Positions 39,433 to 50,519 of a stretch of 64,000 bases of DNA are shown here, piece by piece. The number at the start of each line of letters is the position of its first letter. Position 1 is the first letter of the stretch. The stretch comes from Candidatus Eiseniibacteriota bacterium (GTDB taxonomy: Bacteria; Eisenbacteria; RBG-16-71-46): contig OY970178.1 in NCBI GenBank assembly GCA_963707915.1, positions 2,080,001 through 2,144,000 of the forward strand, written 5' to 3'. The notes under the pieces were generated by a model. That model was given only the letters and a program-made list of their open reading frames with translations. It was not told where the DNA came from and made no database searches. The translations under genes and the position numbers were made by a program.

Positions 39433-41783
39433 GGACACCCACGCTCGCGGCCGCGCTCGCGCTCGCGCTTCTCGCACCGGGGCCCGCGGCCCCGGCGCCG
39501 CCGGTCGCGCCTGCTGCGGCCCGCCACGCGGCCCCGCGTCCCGACGACGCGCCGCAGGACACGCTGCGGCGGATCGTGCCGCTGGCCGAGGTGGTGGTGA
39601 GCACCACCCGGACCGGCGACCGCGCGCCACTGGCGCGCGCGGTGCTCGAGCGCGACGAGCTGGCGCGGCGCAACACCGGGCAGGACACCCCCATGCTGCT
39701 GGCGACGCTGCCCGGCGCCTACGCCTACTCCGACGCCGGCAACGGCATCGGCTACTCCTACCTCTCGGTGCGCGGCTTCCCCCAGCGCCGCATCAGCGTG
39801 CTCGTCAACGGCGTGCCGCTCAACGACCCCGAGTCCCACGAGGTCTACTGGATCGACCACCCGGACCTGATGGCATCGACCAGCGAGGTGCAGCTGCAGC
39901 GCGGCGTGGGCTCGGCCCTCTACGGCGGCGCCTCGCTCGGCGGCACGGTCGCGGTCGAGACCGCGCCCTTCGGCGAGGCGCCACACGCCTCCGCCACCGT
40001 GGCCTGCGGCTCGTGGGAGACCCGGCGGACCATGCTCGAGACCGACTCCGGGCGACTGCCGGGCGGCTGGAACTTCTACGGCCGGTACTCCCGCATCGAG
40101 ACCGCGGGCTACCGCGCGCAGTCCGGCTCGGATCTCTGGTCCTACGCGTTCGCCGCGCGGCGCACGCTCGGCAGCCAGTCGTTCCGCCTCAACCTCTACG
40201 GCGGGCCCGAGGAGACGCACCTCGCCTACCTCGGCGTGCCGCTCGCGTACCTGGAGGGCAGGATCAGCGGCGACGCCGACCGCGACCGCCGCTTCAACCC
40301 GCTCACCTACGACGGCGAGCGCGACCATTTCTTCGAACCGCACTACGAGTTCATCCACAACTGGGCGCCCCGCGCCGGCCTCACGGTCTCGCAGACCTGG
40401 TTCTGGTTCGACGGCGCCGGCTACTACGACGAACAGCGCGCCGGGCGCAGCCTGGAGCAGTACCGGCTCGCCCCGTGGTGGACCGCGGACTCCGCCCTCG
40501 TCCCGCGTGGCTACTACGCGCAGGACGGGGCGGGGAACCTGGTGCGCGACTCGCTGGGCCGGGCCCAGGTCACGCGCGCCGACCTGGTGCGCCGCCGCAA
40601 CGTGGCCAACCGGCACTACGGCTGGATCCCCCGGGTGCGCGTCGCGCACGCGGGCGGCACGCTCACGGCGGGCGGCGAGCTGCGCGCCCACGACGGCAGG
40701 CACTGGGGCGAGATCGTGTCCGGCGACGGGCTGCCCCCGGGCACCGCGCCGGACCGCGCCTACTACGACTACCACCCGCGCACGCTCTCGGCGTCGTTGT
40801 TCGTGCGCGAGCAGTGGCAGGCCGCTCCGCGGCTGCTCGTGACCGCCGACCTGGCGTGGCGGCACCAGGCCTACCGCATGCGCGGCGACCGCTTCGACGG
40901 CATTCGCTTCGACCAGGACTACGACTTCCTGCTGCCCCGTCTCGGGGCGAGCTTCACGCCCCGGCCCTCGACGACGCTGTTCGCCTCGTTCGCCGTGTCG
41001 GGCCGCGAGCCCGCCTTCCGCGACCTGTACGACGCCGAGGGCGTGGGCAGCGCGCCGCTCTACCGCGTCCGCGACGCGGCCGCCCAGCGCTACGAGGACC
41101 CGCTCATCCGGCCCGAGCACGTGAGCGACTGGGAGGCCGGCCTCGCCTGGCGCGGCGCGGGGGCGGCCGCCACGGTGAACCTCTTCCGCATGGACCTGCG
41201 CGACGAGCTGGTCTACGCGGGCCAATTCAACACCGACCTGGGCTACCCCATCCTCGGCAACGCGGCGCGCTCGGTGCACCAGGGCGTGGAACTCGCGGCC
41301 CGCGCCCAGCGGGCGCTGCCCGCCGGGCTGCGGCTCGATGTCGACGCGAACGCCACGTTCAGCGACAACCACTTCGTCGAGTACCGCGAGGCGTGGGGCC
41401 CGGGCCCCGGCGACGTCGTCGCCTACGACGGCAAGACGCTCGGACTGTTCCCCGAGGTGCTCGGCAACCTCGCCGCGCGGGTCGACTGGCGCGGGCTCAC
41501 GGCCGGGCTGGAGGCGCAGCACGCCGGCCGCATCTACCTCGACAACAACCAGGACCCGCTGGCCAGCATCGCCCCGCGCACCGTGTGGAACGCCGCCGCA
41601 GGCTGGAGCTTCGCGATCGGCGGGACGTCGCGCGCCGGGCTGACGCTGCGGATCGCGAACCTGTTCGACGAGCGATATTGCACCGGCGGCTACATGGACT
41701 ACGACGCGGAGGGGAACCTCGCGCCGATGTTCCTGCCGGCCGCGACGCGGGGCTGGCTCACGCAGGTGAGCGTGGGATTCTGA
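39429..41783 (+). CDS. TonB-dependent receptor, probable thiamine uptake
   Basis: Plug motifs SVRGF...VLVNGVPLND...QRG.GSALYG; C-terminal Phe; ATGA overlap with the symporter. Confidence 0.9.
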   Translation: MRTPTLAAALALALLAPGPAAPAPPVAPAAARHAAPRPDDAPQDTLRRIVPLAEVVVSTTRTGDRAPLARAVLERDELARRNTGQDTPMLLATLPGAYAYSDAGNGIGYSYLSVRGFPQRRISVLVNGVPLNDPESHEVYWIDHPDLMASTSEVQLQRGVGSALYGGASLGGTVAVETAPFGEAPHASATVACGSWETRRTMLETDSGRLPGGWNFYGRYSRIETAGYRAQSGSDLWSYAFAARRTLGSQSFRLNLYGGPEETHLAYLGVPLAYLEGRISGDADRDRRFNPLTYDGERDHFFEPHYEFIHNWAPRAGLTVSQTWFWFDGAGYYDEQRAGRSLEQYRLAPWWTADSALVPRGYYAQDGAGNLVRDSLGRAQVTRADLVRRRNVANRHYGWIPRVRVAHAGGTLTAGGELRAHDGRHWGEIVSGDGLPPGTAPDRAYYDYHPRTLSASLFVREQWQAAPRLLVTADLAWRHQAYRMRGDRFDGIRFDQDYDFLLPRLGASFTPRPSTTLFASFAVSGREPAFRDLYDAEGVGSAPLYRVRDAAAQRYEDPLIRPEHVSDWEAGLAWRGAGAAATVNLFRMDLRDELVYAGQFNTDLGYPILGNAARSVHQGVELAARAQRALPAGLRLDVDANATFSDNHFVEYREAWGPGPGDVVAYDGKTLGLFPEVLGNLAARVDWRGLTAGLEAQHAGRIYLDNNQDPLASIAPRTVWNAAAGWSFAIGGTSRAGLTLRIANLFDERYCTGGYMDYDAEGNLAPMFLPAATRGWLTQVSVGF

Positions 41784-41817
41784 CGGCGGGGACGCCGGCC
41801 GGGGCCGGCCGGTCCCG

Positions 41818-42246
41818 TCAGCCCGGCCCGGGCGGGCCCGCCGCCGCCGGGCCGCCGGGTCCGCGCGCCGCGAGCCAGTCCAGCGCGGCCTGCATGGAGC
41901 GGAACACCGCCACGGTCTTGGCGCTGCTCCGGCCCATCGAGCGGTAGGTCTCGAACATGCGGGCGAACCCGTAGACCAGGTCGTGCGGGGCGACGATGGC
42001 CAGCCTCGAGGACACTCCCGGCACGTCCATGGCCGCGGCCAGGTCGGCCAGCGCACGCACGCGCTCGCCCGACGAAACGATCAGTTCTTCGACCGGGCTG
42101 AAGTCGACGATCTCGTCGTAGCCCGCCAGTTCGCCGCGGGACCAGGCCTCGCGCTGATAGGCGAAGACGTCTTCATCCGACAGCGTCCTGGTCGCCGTGG
42201 CGACGACGACTCTGCGCTCCCGGTCGATTCGGTATTCGAGGGGCAT
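41818..42246 (-). CDS. Hypothetical protein (STAS/SpoIIAA-like)
   Basis: EIVDF...RLAIVA...YGFARMF...VFRS...ALDWL pattern; GGAGG RBS. Confidence 0.6.
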   Translation of the reverse strand: MPLEYRIDRERRVVVATATRTLSDEDVFAYQREAWSRGELAGYDEIVDFSPVEELIVSSGERVRALADLAAAMDVPGVSSRLAIVAPHDLVYGFARMFETYRSMGRSSAKTVAVFRSMQAALDWLAARGPGGPAAAGPPGPG

Positions 42247-42541
42247 CGATACCTCCGACCTTTTCGGCTGCGGCCGGGTCGCGGCCCGGGCGAGCCGCAT
42301 CGGCGAGTCTAGCACCCGGGGCCTGCGGGCTGGTTTGAAAATCGGCAGCCAGCTCCGCGGCTTGACCGACAGGTTGTCGAGGCTGTTGAGGTCGCTCCAG
42401 TGCCTTGGCCATTGGCCGGGCACTGCCAGTTAATACATTGATGGTGAACATGTTACCGCATTTAGCCGACACTCGTCACAGCGCATGAGTCGGCTTGTTT
42501 GCGTCAATGTCCTTGATCCATTATTGTATCACGGTCAATTT

Positions 42542-42553
42542 TGGCCGCGGTCA
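42542..42553. promoter_or_regulatory. Candidate TetR operator
   Basis: Near-palindrome TGGCCGCGGTCA with an adjacent CGGTCA half-site in the AT-rich region upstream of tetR. Confidence 0.35.
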
Positions 42554-42581
42554 TGTTTACATCAAGCCCAAAAGGACACCC

Positions 42582-43184
42582 ATGACTGAAGTCCTGTCCC
42601 GACGAGAGCGCAAGAAGGACGAGACCCGCCACCGGATCTTCCATGCGGCGATCGATCTCTTCCGCGAGAAGGGCTTCGAGCAGACCACGGTGGACGACAT
42701 CACCGAGAAGGCCGACGTCGCGAAGGGCACCTTCTTCAACTACTTCCGCCGCAAGGAGGCCGTGCTCGCGTTCCTCTCCGAGACCCGCCTGCAGGCCATC
42801 GAGGACAACGCCGAGGCCTTCATGGCCGCGGCCGGGCCGGCGCGGGAGAAGCTCACGGAGCTCTACCTGAACGCGGCCTCGGCCTACGAGGAAGAGGACA
42901 GCGAACTGTCGCGTTACGTGCTGCTCGAACTGATGTCGCGCTTGTTCTCTCCCACGGAGGAAGTCGTGATCCGGTGGCACGAGCAGATCGTCCAGCTCGT
43001 CACGCGGGGACAGGGGAACGGGGAGCTCCGGACGGAGCTGGACCCGCTGCGGGTCGAGGCGGTGCTCACCGGCCTCTACTACGCCACGCTCTACGAATGG
43101 GTCTGCAGCGTGCCGCCCGCCTTCTCCGTGGCCGAAGAACTGCGCGCGCGTCTCAACCTGGCGATGGAGGGCATCGCATCGTGA
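42582..43184 (+). CDS. TetR/AcrR family regulator
   Basis: LFREKGFEQTTVDDITEKADVAKGTFFNYF. Confidence 0.92.
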   Translation: MTEVLSRRERKKDETRHRIFHAAIDLFREKGFEQTTVDDITEKADVAKGTFFNYFRRKEAVLAFLSETRLQAIEDNAEAFMAAAGPAREKLTELYLNAASAYEEEDSELSRYVLLELMSRLFSPTEEVVIRWHEQIVQLVTRGQGNGELRTELDPLRVEAVLTGLYYATLYEWVCSVPPAFSVAEELRARLNLAMEGIAS

Positions 43185-44611
43185 ACCCCCGCACCCGAAC
43201 CGTCCCGTTGCTCCTCGCAGCCGCGCTGCTCCTGCCGGCCGCGGCCCTCGCCCGCCCGGCGCGCACGCCCGCGCCGGTCCCCACCGACACGCTGAGGCTC
43301 TCGCTCGACGACGCGCTGCGGCGCGCGCTGGCCGTCAGCGAGGAGATGCGCGCCGCGCGTGCGCTGGTGAACCAGACCCAGGGCCAGGTGCTCGAACAGC
43401 TCTCCCGCGCCCTGCCGCAGGTCACCGGCATGGTCACCTACAACCGGAAGCTCGAGAGCATCTTCCAGGGCGCGGTCGCCGACACCGGCATCTTCGGGCA
43501 GATCCTGAAGAACAGCTCCTTCGCCGCGGTGCACACCTGGAGCGCGGACCTGACGGCGCAGCAGCTCCTCTGGTCGGGAGGGAAGGTGGGCGCGGCGCTG
43601 AAGACCGCGAAGGCCGCGAACCGCTCGGCGCACGCCTCCGAGCAGGAGACCGCCTCGGACCTGACCTACCAGGTCCGGCAGGCCTACTACGACGCGGTCT
43701 ATGCCGGCCGGCTGGTCGAGATCGCCGAGAGCTCGCTCGCACAGGCCCGCGCGCACCTCGGCCAGGTGCGCTCCGGGCGTCGCGAGGGCAGCCGCTCCGA
43801 GTACGAGGCGCTGCGGGCCGAGGTGGACGCCGCCAACCAGGAACCGCCGGTCGTGGCGGCCCGGAACGGCCTCGATCTCGCCCGCCTCGCGCTCAAGCGC
43901 CTGGTCAACGTGCCACTGGAGCAGCCGGTCGCGCTGGTCACGCCGCTCGCCTCGCCGGACGGCACGGTGCCCGTCGTGACCGACCTCTCGACCGCCATCG
44001 ACCACCGTCCGGCCCTCGCCGCCGCCGAGTTCGAGGTCGAGGCGCGCCGCCAGGCCGTGAAGGTCTATCGCGGGCAGCACTGGCCCGACCTCTACGTCTC
44101 CTCCACGATCTCGCAGCAGGCGTTCCCGCCGGAGCTGTGGCCGAGGCGCAACGAGTTCCGCCGCAACTGGGACGCCACCGTGCGGCTCGAGGTGCCGATC
44201 TTCAGCGGCCTGCGCACCGAGGGCCAGGTGGCCCAGGCGCGGGCCCAGTACGAGACGGCGCGGGCCAGCCGCGACCGCCTGCAGGAAAGCGCCGCGATCG
44301 AGGCCGTCCAGGCCAGGGCCGAGCTCGAGCGCGCGCTCTCCGCGCTGATGGCCCGGCGCGAGACCGTGCGCCAGGCCCAGCGCGCGTGGGAGCTGGCCGG
44401 CGTGCGCTTCACCAACGGCCTGTCCACGCAGGTCGAGGTCTCGGACTCCCGGCTGCAGTTGCAGTCCGCGGAGGTCAACGAAGTGCAGGCCACGCGGGAC
44501 TACCTCGTCGCCATCGCCGCGCTGGAGCGCGCGGTGGGCCATCCGGTCCCGGTCGAGCGCAGGGCCCTCGAAGACGTCACCCCTTCCTCCAACCTTGAAG
44601 GAACTCGCTGA
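43181..44611 (+). CDS. TolC family outer membrane efflux protein
   Basis: Signal peptide; two OEP-like halves; ALERAVG near the C-terminus. Confidence 0.88.
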   Translation: MNPRTRTVPLLLAAALLLPAAALARPARTPAPVPTDTLRLSLDDALRRALAVSEEMRAARALVNQTQGQVLEQLSRALPQVTGMVTYNRKLESIFQGAVADTGIFGQILKNSSFAAVHTWSADLTAQQLLWSGGKVGAALKTAKAANRSAHASEQETASDLTYQVRQAYYDAVYAGRLVEIAESSLAQARAHLGQVRSGRREGSRSEYEALRAEVDAANQEPPVVAARNGLDLARLALKRLVNVPLEQPVALVTPLASPDGTVPVVTDLSTAIDHRPALAAAEFEVEARRQAVKVYRGQHWPDLYVSSTISQQAFPPELWPRRNEFRRNWDATVRLEVPIFSGLRTEGQVAQARAQYETARASRDRLQESAAIEAVQARAELERALSALMARRETVRQAQRAWELAGVRFTNGLSTQVEVSDSRLQLQSAEVNEVQATRDYLVAIAALERAVGHPVPVERRALEDVTPSSNLEGTR

Positions 44612-45732
44612 TGGATACGCGCCTGATGAAGCGGCTGCTGGTGATGGGTGCGCTGCTCGTCCTCGGGGCCGGTTGCGCCGCGAAACAGGACCCCAGGAAC
44701 GACGATGCGGCGGTGGCCCTGCTCGGACCGCAGGACATCGCGAAGGTGGCGCGCACGGACCTCGCCACGGGCCTGCCCGTCACCGGCACGCTCAAGCCCG
44801 CCATGGACGTGAGCCTCACCGCCCCGTACCCCGAGCTGATCGAGGCGGTGCTGGTGAAGGAGGGCGAGAGGGTCCACAAGGGCCAGCCGCTGGCGCGCCT
44901 GCGCACCGAGTCCCTCGAGCCGGCCGCGGCCGGCGCGGAGGCCCAGCGGCGCAGCGCGGCGGCCGACTACGAGCGCATGAAGAACCTGCTCAAGGAAGGC
45001 GCCGTCTCGCAGCGCGACGTGGAGGGCGCCGAGGCCCAGTTCCGGGGGGCCGAGGCGGCCGCCGCCTACGCCGACAAGCGTCTCCGGGAAGCGACCGTCC
45101 GCGCGCCCTTCGACGGGGTGGTCGCGAAGCGCCTGGTGCAGGGCGGCGACCGCCTGGGCGATGGCGGCGGGATGTTCCGGATCGTCAACACCGCGGAGCT
45201 GGAGCTGGAGGCCAACGTGCCGGGCGAGGCGGTGGGAGCGGTCCGGGTCGGCTCGCCCGTCGTGCTCGCGGCGAGCGGACTCGAGGACGTCGCCATCCGG
45301 GGCCGGGTGGCGCGCGTGAACACGACCGCCGACCCGGCCACGCGCCAGGTCCGTCTCTACGTGACCGTCCCGAACCGCGACGGCCGGCTGTTCGGCGACA
45401 TCTTCGCCAGCGGCCGCGTGCAGCTCGGCCACGTCACCGGCGTGCTCGCGGTGCCCACCACCGGCATCCGCACCGGCACGGACGGAGCGACCTACGCGTG
45501 GTTCATCGTGAACGGCGCCGCCGAGCGGCGGCCCGTCACCGCCGGCCTGCGGGACGAGGTGCGCGACCTCGTCGAGGTCGTCGGCGGCGCGAAGGAAGGC
45601 GAGACGATCATCACCGGCCCGATCGAGACGCTCACCCAGGGACAGCGGATCCAGGTCGTGGAGGACGTCACCGCCGCGCCGGTCGCGAAGCGCGGCACCC
45701 CCCGGAAGAGCACCGCCGGCAAGGGGAAGTAG
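44611..45732 (+). CDS. RND efflux periplasmic adaptor (MFP)
   Basis: Lipobox GAGC; VKEGERVHKGQPL, VRAPFDGVV. Confidence 0.9.
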   Translation: MDTRLMKRLLVMGALLVLGAGCAAKQDPRNDDAAVALLGPQDIAKVARTDLATGLPVTGTLKPAMDVSLTAPYPELIEAVLVKEGERVHKGQPLARLRTESLEPAAAGAEAQRRSAAADYERMKNLLKEGAVSQRDVEGAEAQFRGAEAAAAYADKRLREATVRAPFDGVVAKRLVQGGDRLGDGGGMFRIVNTAELELEANVPGEAVGAVRVGSPVVLAASGLEDVAIRGRVARVNTTADPATRQVRLYVTVPNRDGRLFGDIFASGRVQLGHVTGVLAVPTTGIRTGTDGATYAWFIVNGAAERRPVTAGLRDEVRDLVEVVGGAKEGETIITGPIETLTQGQRIQVVEDVTAAPVAKRGTPRKSTAGKGK

Positions 45733-45734
45733 CC

Positions 45735-48700
45735 ATGTTCCTCAGCGACCTTTCCATCAAGCGGCCGGTCCTCTCCACGATGATGATCCTGGCCCTCGTG
45801 GTGCTGGGACTGTTCTCGTTCCGACGACTCGGCATCGACCTGTTCCCGAACGTCGAGTTCCCGTTCGTGGGCATCCAGACCAACTACCCCGGCGCCTCGC
45901 CCGAGGCGGTCGAGCGCGAGGTCACGAAGAAGATCGAGGAGGCGGTCAACTCGGTCGAAGGGGTCAAGGAGATCACCTCGACCTCGGCCGAGGGCTACTC
46001 GCTCGTCTTCATCCAGTTCCGCCTGAACACGCGGGTCCAGGACGCCCTGGCCGACGTGCGCGCCAAGGTGGACGGGATCCGCCTCGACCTGCCCAAGGAG
46101 ATCGACCCGCCGGTCATCTCGCGCTACAGCACGACCTCCATGCCGATCATGAGCTTCTCGCTGCAGGGCGACGGCTGGGCCCTGCGCGACCTCACCCGGC
46201 TCGCCGAGGAGACCATCAGCCGCCGCCTGGAGAACATCTCGGGCGTCGGCGGCGTGGACGTCGTGGGCGGCGTGCGCCGCGAGATCCACGCACTGCTCAT
46301 CCCGGACCGGATGAACGCGCTGGGCGTCTCCTCCGACATGGTGATCGCGGCGCTCCAGCGCGAGAACGCCGACGTGCCCGCGGGTCGCGTCGAGAAGGGC
46401 GCACGCGAGGACCTGGTGCGCATCAAGGGCCGCATCCGCGACCCGCGCGACTTCGCCCGCATCGTCGTCACCACCCGCGGCGGCACCCCCGTGCACCTCG
46501 ACGACGTCGCCCGGGTCGAGGACTCGCAGGAGGAGGAGCGCGACATCGCGCTGGTGGACGGCCGGCGCACGGTTGCCATCGACATCCGCAAGGTCTCGGG
46601 CGGCAACACGGTGCAGATCGCCGACCAGGTCAACCGGTCCGTCGCCGAGCTCAACCGCACCCTGCCGGGCGGCGTGAAGCTCGCGGTCATCCGCGACAAC
46701 TCGGTCTGGATCCGCCACTCGGTCGAGGACGTGCGCAAGACCCTGGTCGAGGGGGCCATCCTCACGATCCTGGTCGTGTTCCTGTTCCTCAACTCCTGGC
46801 GCTCGACCGTCATCACCGGCCTGACCCTGCCGGTGTCGGTGATCTCCGCGTTCCTCGCCATCTACGCCTTCGGCTTCACGCTCAACATGATGACGCTGAT
46901 GGCCCTGTCGCTGGTCATTGGCATCCTCATCGACGACGCGATCGTGGTGCGGGAGAACATCGTCCGGCACCTCGAGCGCGGCGAGGACCACTTCACCGCC
47001 GCGCGCAAGGGCACCTCGGAGATCGGCTTCGCGGTGGCGTCCACGTCGCTGTCGATCGTCGCGGTGTTCGTGCCGGTGGCGTTCATGGGCGGCATCGTCG
47101 GGCGCATGTTCTACGCCTTCGGCATCACCGTCACCTGCGCGGTGCTGGTGTCGCTGTTCGTCTCGTTCACGCTCGACCCGATGCTCTCGTCGCGCTGGTA
47201 CGATCCGCAGGCCGAGGGCCACGACCAGCACGGCCCGGTGGGCCGGACGCTGCAGCGCTTCAACCGCTGGTTCGAGAAGGTGAGCCAGCGCTACCGCGGG
47301 ATCATCCGCTGGGCGCTCGCGCACCGGCTGCTCACGACCGGCATCGCGACCCTGTCCTTCGTGATCGCCCTGGCGATCCCCATGGTGGGGCTGGTCGGCG
47401 GGCAGTTCATGCCCACCTCCGACGACGAGGAGACCGGCGTCGGCATCGACACGCCGGTGGGCTCGTCGCTCTCCTACACCGAGGCCAAGGCGCGCGACAT
47501 CGTGCGCTACCTCAAGACCCTGCCCGAGGTGGCGTACTGCTACACCACCATCGGCGGACCCGCCTACAGCAACGCGGTGAACCGCGGGCTGGTCTTCGTC
47601 AAGCTCACGCCCAAGCGCGAGCGTCACCGCAGCCAGCGGGACATCGAGGCGCTGATCCGCCACGACCTGCCGCGCTTCAAGGGGGTGACGGCGCGCATCC
47701 TGCTCCTCGGCATGTTCGGCCAGGGCGGGCAGGCCCCCATCCTGCTCAACCTGCAGGGCCCGAACCTCACCGAGCTCGAGCGGCTGTCCGGCGAGGTCAT
47801 GACCGCCGTGCGCGACGTCCCCGGCCTGGTCGAGCTCAAGTCCACGCTCGAGGAGAAGAAGCCCGAGTGGGTGGTGAACGTGGACCGCGGCCTGGCCGCC
47901 GACCTCGGGCTCTCCGTCGGGCAGGTCGGCATGTCCCTGCGGCCGGTGCTCGCCGGGCAGAAGGCCGGGGACTGGGAGGACGAGACCGGGCTCGCCCACG
48001 ACGTGGTCGTCCGCCTCGCCCCGGAGTTCCGCACCTCGCTGGCCGACCTGGTGCGCGTGCCCGTCGCCACCGCCCAGGTGGACCCGCGCACCGGCCAGCC
48101 GGTCATGGTGCCGCTCGGGCAGGTCGCCACGCTCCAGCGCGGCGGCGCTCCCAGCCAGATCGATCACCGCAACCTCGAGCGCGTGGCCACCATCGAGGGC
48201 AACTACGAGGGACGGCCCCTGACCGAGGTTTCGAACGCGGTCACGGCCCGCATCAAGGCCCTCAAGCTGCCGCCGGGCTACCGTTTCAACTTCGGCGGCG
48301 AGCAGCAGGACTTCGTCGAGACCGTGGGATACATCACCGAGTCGCTGGTGATCGCCGTGCTGTTCGTCTACCTCATCCTGGCGGCGCAGTTCGGTTCGTT
48401 CACGCAGCCGCTCGCCATCATGTTCTCGCTGCCGCTCTCGCTGTTCGGCGTCACGCTGGCCCTCGCGCTCATGCGCAGCACGTTCAACATCATGAGCATG
48501 ATCGGCGTCATCATGCTGATGGGGCTGGTGACCAAGAACGCGATCCTGCTGGTGGACTTCGCCAACCAGGCGCGGGCGCGCGGCGTCGACCGCGCCCAGG
48601 CGCTCGTGGACGCGGGGCAACTGCGGCTGCGGCCCATCGTGATGACCACGCTCGCCATGATCTTCGGCATGCTCCCGACCGCGCTCGCGCTGGGCGCCGG

Positions 48701-48941
48701 CTCGGAGTTCCGCGCCCCCATGGCCTACGCCATCATCGGCGGGCTGATCACCTCCACGCTGCTCACGCTGATCGTGGTGCCGGTCGCCTACGCCTACCTG
48801 GACGACTTCAGCACCTGGTTCGGATCGCTCGCCCTGCGGTTCACCAAGTCCCCCGCGGAATACGCGGAGATCGTCGCGCGGCGCGGCAGGCCCACGGCCG
48901 ACGGCCCGCAGGAGCAGCCCGGGCCGACCACCGGGCGGTAG
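45735..48941 (+). CDS. RND efflux permease (AcrB/AcrD/AcrF family)
   Basis: [36 protein letters not shown]. Confidence 0.93.
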   Translation: MFLSDLSIKRPVLSTMMILALVVLGLFSFRRLGIDLFPNVEFPFVGIQTNYPGASPEAVEREVTKKIEEAVNSVEGVKEITSTSAEGYSLVFIQFRLNTRVQDALADVRAKVDGIRLDLPKEIDPPVISRYSTTSMPIMSFSLQGDGWALRDLTRLAEETISRRLENISGVGGVDVVGGVRREIHALLIPDRMNALGVSSDMVIAALQRENADVPAGRVEKGAREDLVRIKGRIRDPRDFARIVVTTRGGTPVHLDDVARVEDSQEEERDIALVDGRRTVAIDIRKVSGGNTVQIADQVNRSVAELNRTLPGGVKLAVIRDNSVWIRHSVEDVRKTLVEGAILTILVVFLFLNSWRSTVITGLTLPVSVISAFLAIYAFGFTLNMMTLMALSLVIGILIDDAIVVRENIVRHLERGEDHFTAARKGTSEIGFAVASTSLSIVAVFVPVAFMGGIVGRMFYAFGITVTCAVLVSLFVSFTLDPMLSSRWYDPQAEGHDQHGPVGRTLQRFNRWFEKVSQRYRGIIRWALAHRLLTTGIATLSFVIALAIPMVGLVGGQFMPTSDDEETGVGIDTPVGSSLSYTEAKARDIVRYLKTLPEVAYCYTTIGGPAYSNAVNRGLVFVKLTPKRERHRSQRDIEALIRHDLPRFKGVTARILLLGMFGQGGQAPILLNLQGPNLTELERLSGEVMTAVRDVPGLVELKSTLEEKKPEWVVNVDRGLAADLGLSVGQVGMSLRPVLAGQKAGDWEDETGLAHDVVVRLAPEFRTSLADLVRVPVATAQVDPRTGQPVMVPLGQVATLQRGGAPSQIDHRNLERVATIEGNYEGRPLTEVSNAVTARIKALKLPPGYRFNFGGEQQDFVETVGYITESLVIAVLFVYLILAAQFGSFTQPLAIMFSLPLSLFGVTLALALMRSTFNIMSMIGVIMLMGLVTKNAILLVDFANQARARGVDRAQALVDAGQLRLRPIVMTTLAMIFGMLPTALALGAGSEFRAPMAYAIIGGLITSTLLTLIVVPVAYAYLDDFSTWFGSLALRFTKSPAEYAEIVARRGRPTADGPQEQPGPTTGR

Positions 48942-48999
48942 GACCGGGCCGCGGACGGGCGGCGACGAAGGGGCCGGGCGGGGCGCTTCCCCGCCCGGC

Positions 49000-50184
49000 T
49001 CATCTCGTCCGGGACCGGGTCGCGCCGGGTGCCGCCGCAGCGCGCGAGACGCCCGGGTCCCGAGCCATCGCGCTCGCGCGCGCCGGGTTCGTGGCGGCCG
49101 GGGAAGGACCCGCGGGGCACGCGGCAGCGCGCGCCCCGGGCCGAAGGGCCGCCCGCAGTCCCGCCACCCGCCGCGCGAGCGCGGTGAGGGCGACGTCGGG
49201 GGCGAGCGGGTCCACCCAGCGCAGCCGCGCCGTGCGCGGCAGGGGACCGGCCAGCTCCCCGCGCCACGCCTCGGCGGTGATGTCGCGGTGGGTGATGGCG
49301 TGGCGGATGGCCGTCCCCGCCGGCGCGAGCCGCGCGCGCAGGCCGAGCTCCCCGAGCCGCGCGACCAGCGCCGCGCGCGCCGACCCGCGCGCCGCCAGTT
49401 CGACGCCGGGCGGCTCCCACAGCCCGGCGAGCAGCGCGCCCTCGCGGCGTGCGACCAGCATGCGGCCCCGCCGCTCGATGAGCACGACCGCTCGGCGCAC
49501 CTTCTCGCCCGCCCGGCGCGCGGGCACCGGCGGGAACTCCGCCACGCGGCCGAGCGCGAGCGCGCGGCACCCGCGCCTCACCGGGCACTCGCCGCAGCGC
49601 GGGGCGCGCGGCGTGCACAGGGTCGCGCCCAGCTCCATCAGCGCCTGGTTCCAGTCGCCGGGCCGTCGCGCCGGGACGAGCTCGTCGGCCAGCGCCCAGA
49701 GCCCCCGCGCCCCCCGCGGCTCGCGCAGGGACACCCGCAGCGCGCCCCAGCGCGACAGGACGCGCGCCACGTTGCCGTCCAGCACCGGCAGGGAGCGGCC
49801 GAAGGCGATCGAGAGCACCGCCCCGGCGGTATAGCGCCCGACACCGGGCAGCCGGGCGAAGGCGGCCGGCTCGGACGGCACGCGGCCCCCGTGCTCGCGC
49901 ATGACCATGCGCGCGGCCTCGCGCAGCTGGCGCGCGCGACGGTAGTAGCCGAGCCCCGCCCAGGCGGTGAGCACGTCCGCCTCGCGGGCCCGGGCCAGCG
50001 AGGCGAGGCTGGGGAAGCGCTCCAGGAAGGCGTGGTAGTACGGCACCGCGGTGGCGACCCGGGTCTGCTGGAGCATCACCTCGGAGAGCCAGACCCGGTA
50101 GGGATCGCGCTCGCCGCGCCACGGCAGCGGCCGGCGGTGCGCGTCGTACCAGCGCAGCAGCGCGCGGCGCAGCGCGGCGGTCAC
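49000..50184 (-). CDS. mutY: A/G-specific adenine glycosylase
   Basis: SEVMLQQT, WAGLGYY, LPGVGRYTA, DGNV, CTPRAPRCGECP...C. Confidence 0.92.
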   Translation of the reverse strand: MTAALRRALLRWYDAHRRPLPWRGERDPYRVWLSEVMLQQTRVATAVPYYHAFLERFPSLASLARAREADVLTAWAGLGYYRRARQLREAARMVMREHGGRVPSEPAAFARLPGVGRYTAGAVLSIAFGRSLPVLDGNVARVLSRWGALRVSLREPRGARGLWALADELVPARRPGDWNQALMELGATLCTPRAPRCGECPVRRGCRALALGRVAEFPPVPARRAGEKVRRAVVLIERRGRMLVARREGALLAGLWEPPGVELAARGSARAALVARLGELGLRARLAPAGTAIRHAITHRDITAEAWRGELAGPLPRTARLRWVDPLAPDVALTALARRVAGLRAALRPGARAAACPAGPSPAATNPARASAMARDPGVSRAAAAPGATRSRTR

Positions 50185-50197
50185 CGGCCGCCGCCGC

Positions 50198-50401
50198 TCA
50201 GCGCTTCGGCTGGAAGATCGCGGCGGACACGTCCTTGAGGTCCGGCGTCCGGGTCTGTGCGCCGGTCCACGCGCTGGCGAGCGGGGTGCCGCAACGCGGG
50301 CAGGGGATCTTCGCCTCGGCGCCCTCGCCGGCGCTTGGCATCCAGCGCTCGACCTTCACCTGGCAGCCGGACGTCTGACAGAGGTACACGCAGAGAGGCA
50401 T
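50198..50401 (-). CDS. Small zinc-ribbon protein
   Basis: YLCQTSGC...CPRCG; GGGAG upstream; 14 nt upstream of mutY. Confidence 0.55.
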   Translation of the reverse strand: MPLCVYLCQTSGCQVKVERWMPSAGEGAEAKIPCPRCGTPLASAWTGAQTRTPDLKDVSAAIFQPKR

Positions 50402-50519
50402 CGCTCATCTCCCATCGGACACTCGCCGGCGCGCCGCCACGGCGCGACGGACCACCGGCGCATGATAGCCGAACGGCGCGGCGTCTGTCGCGACCCGGCC
50501 GCGGTCCCGCGGACGGGGC

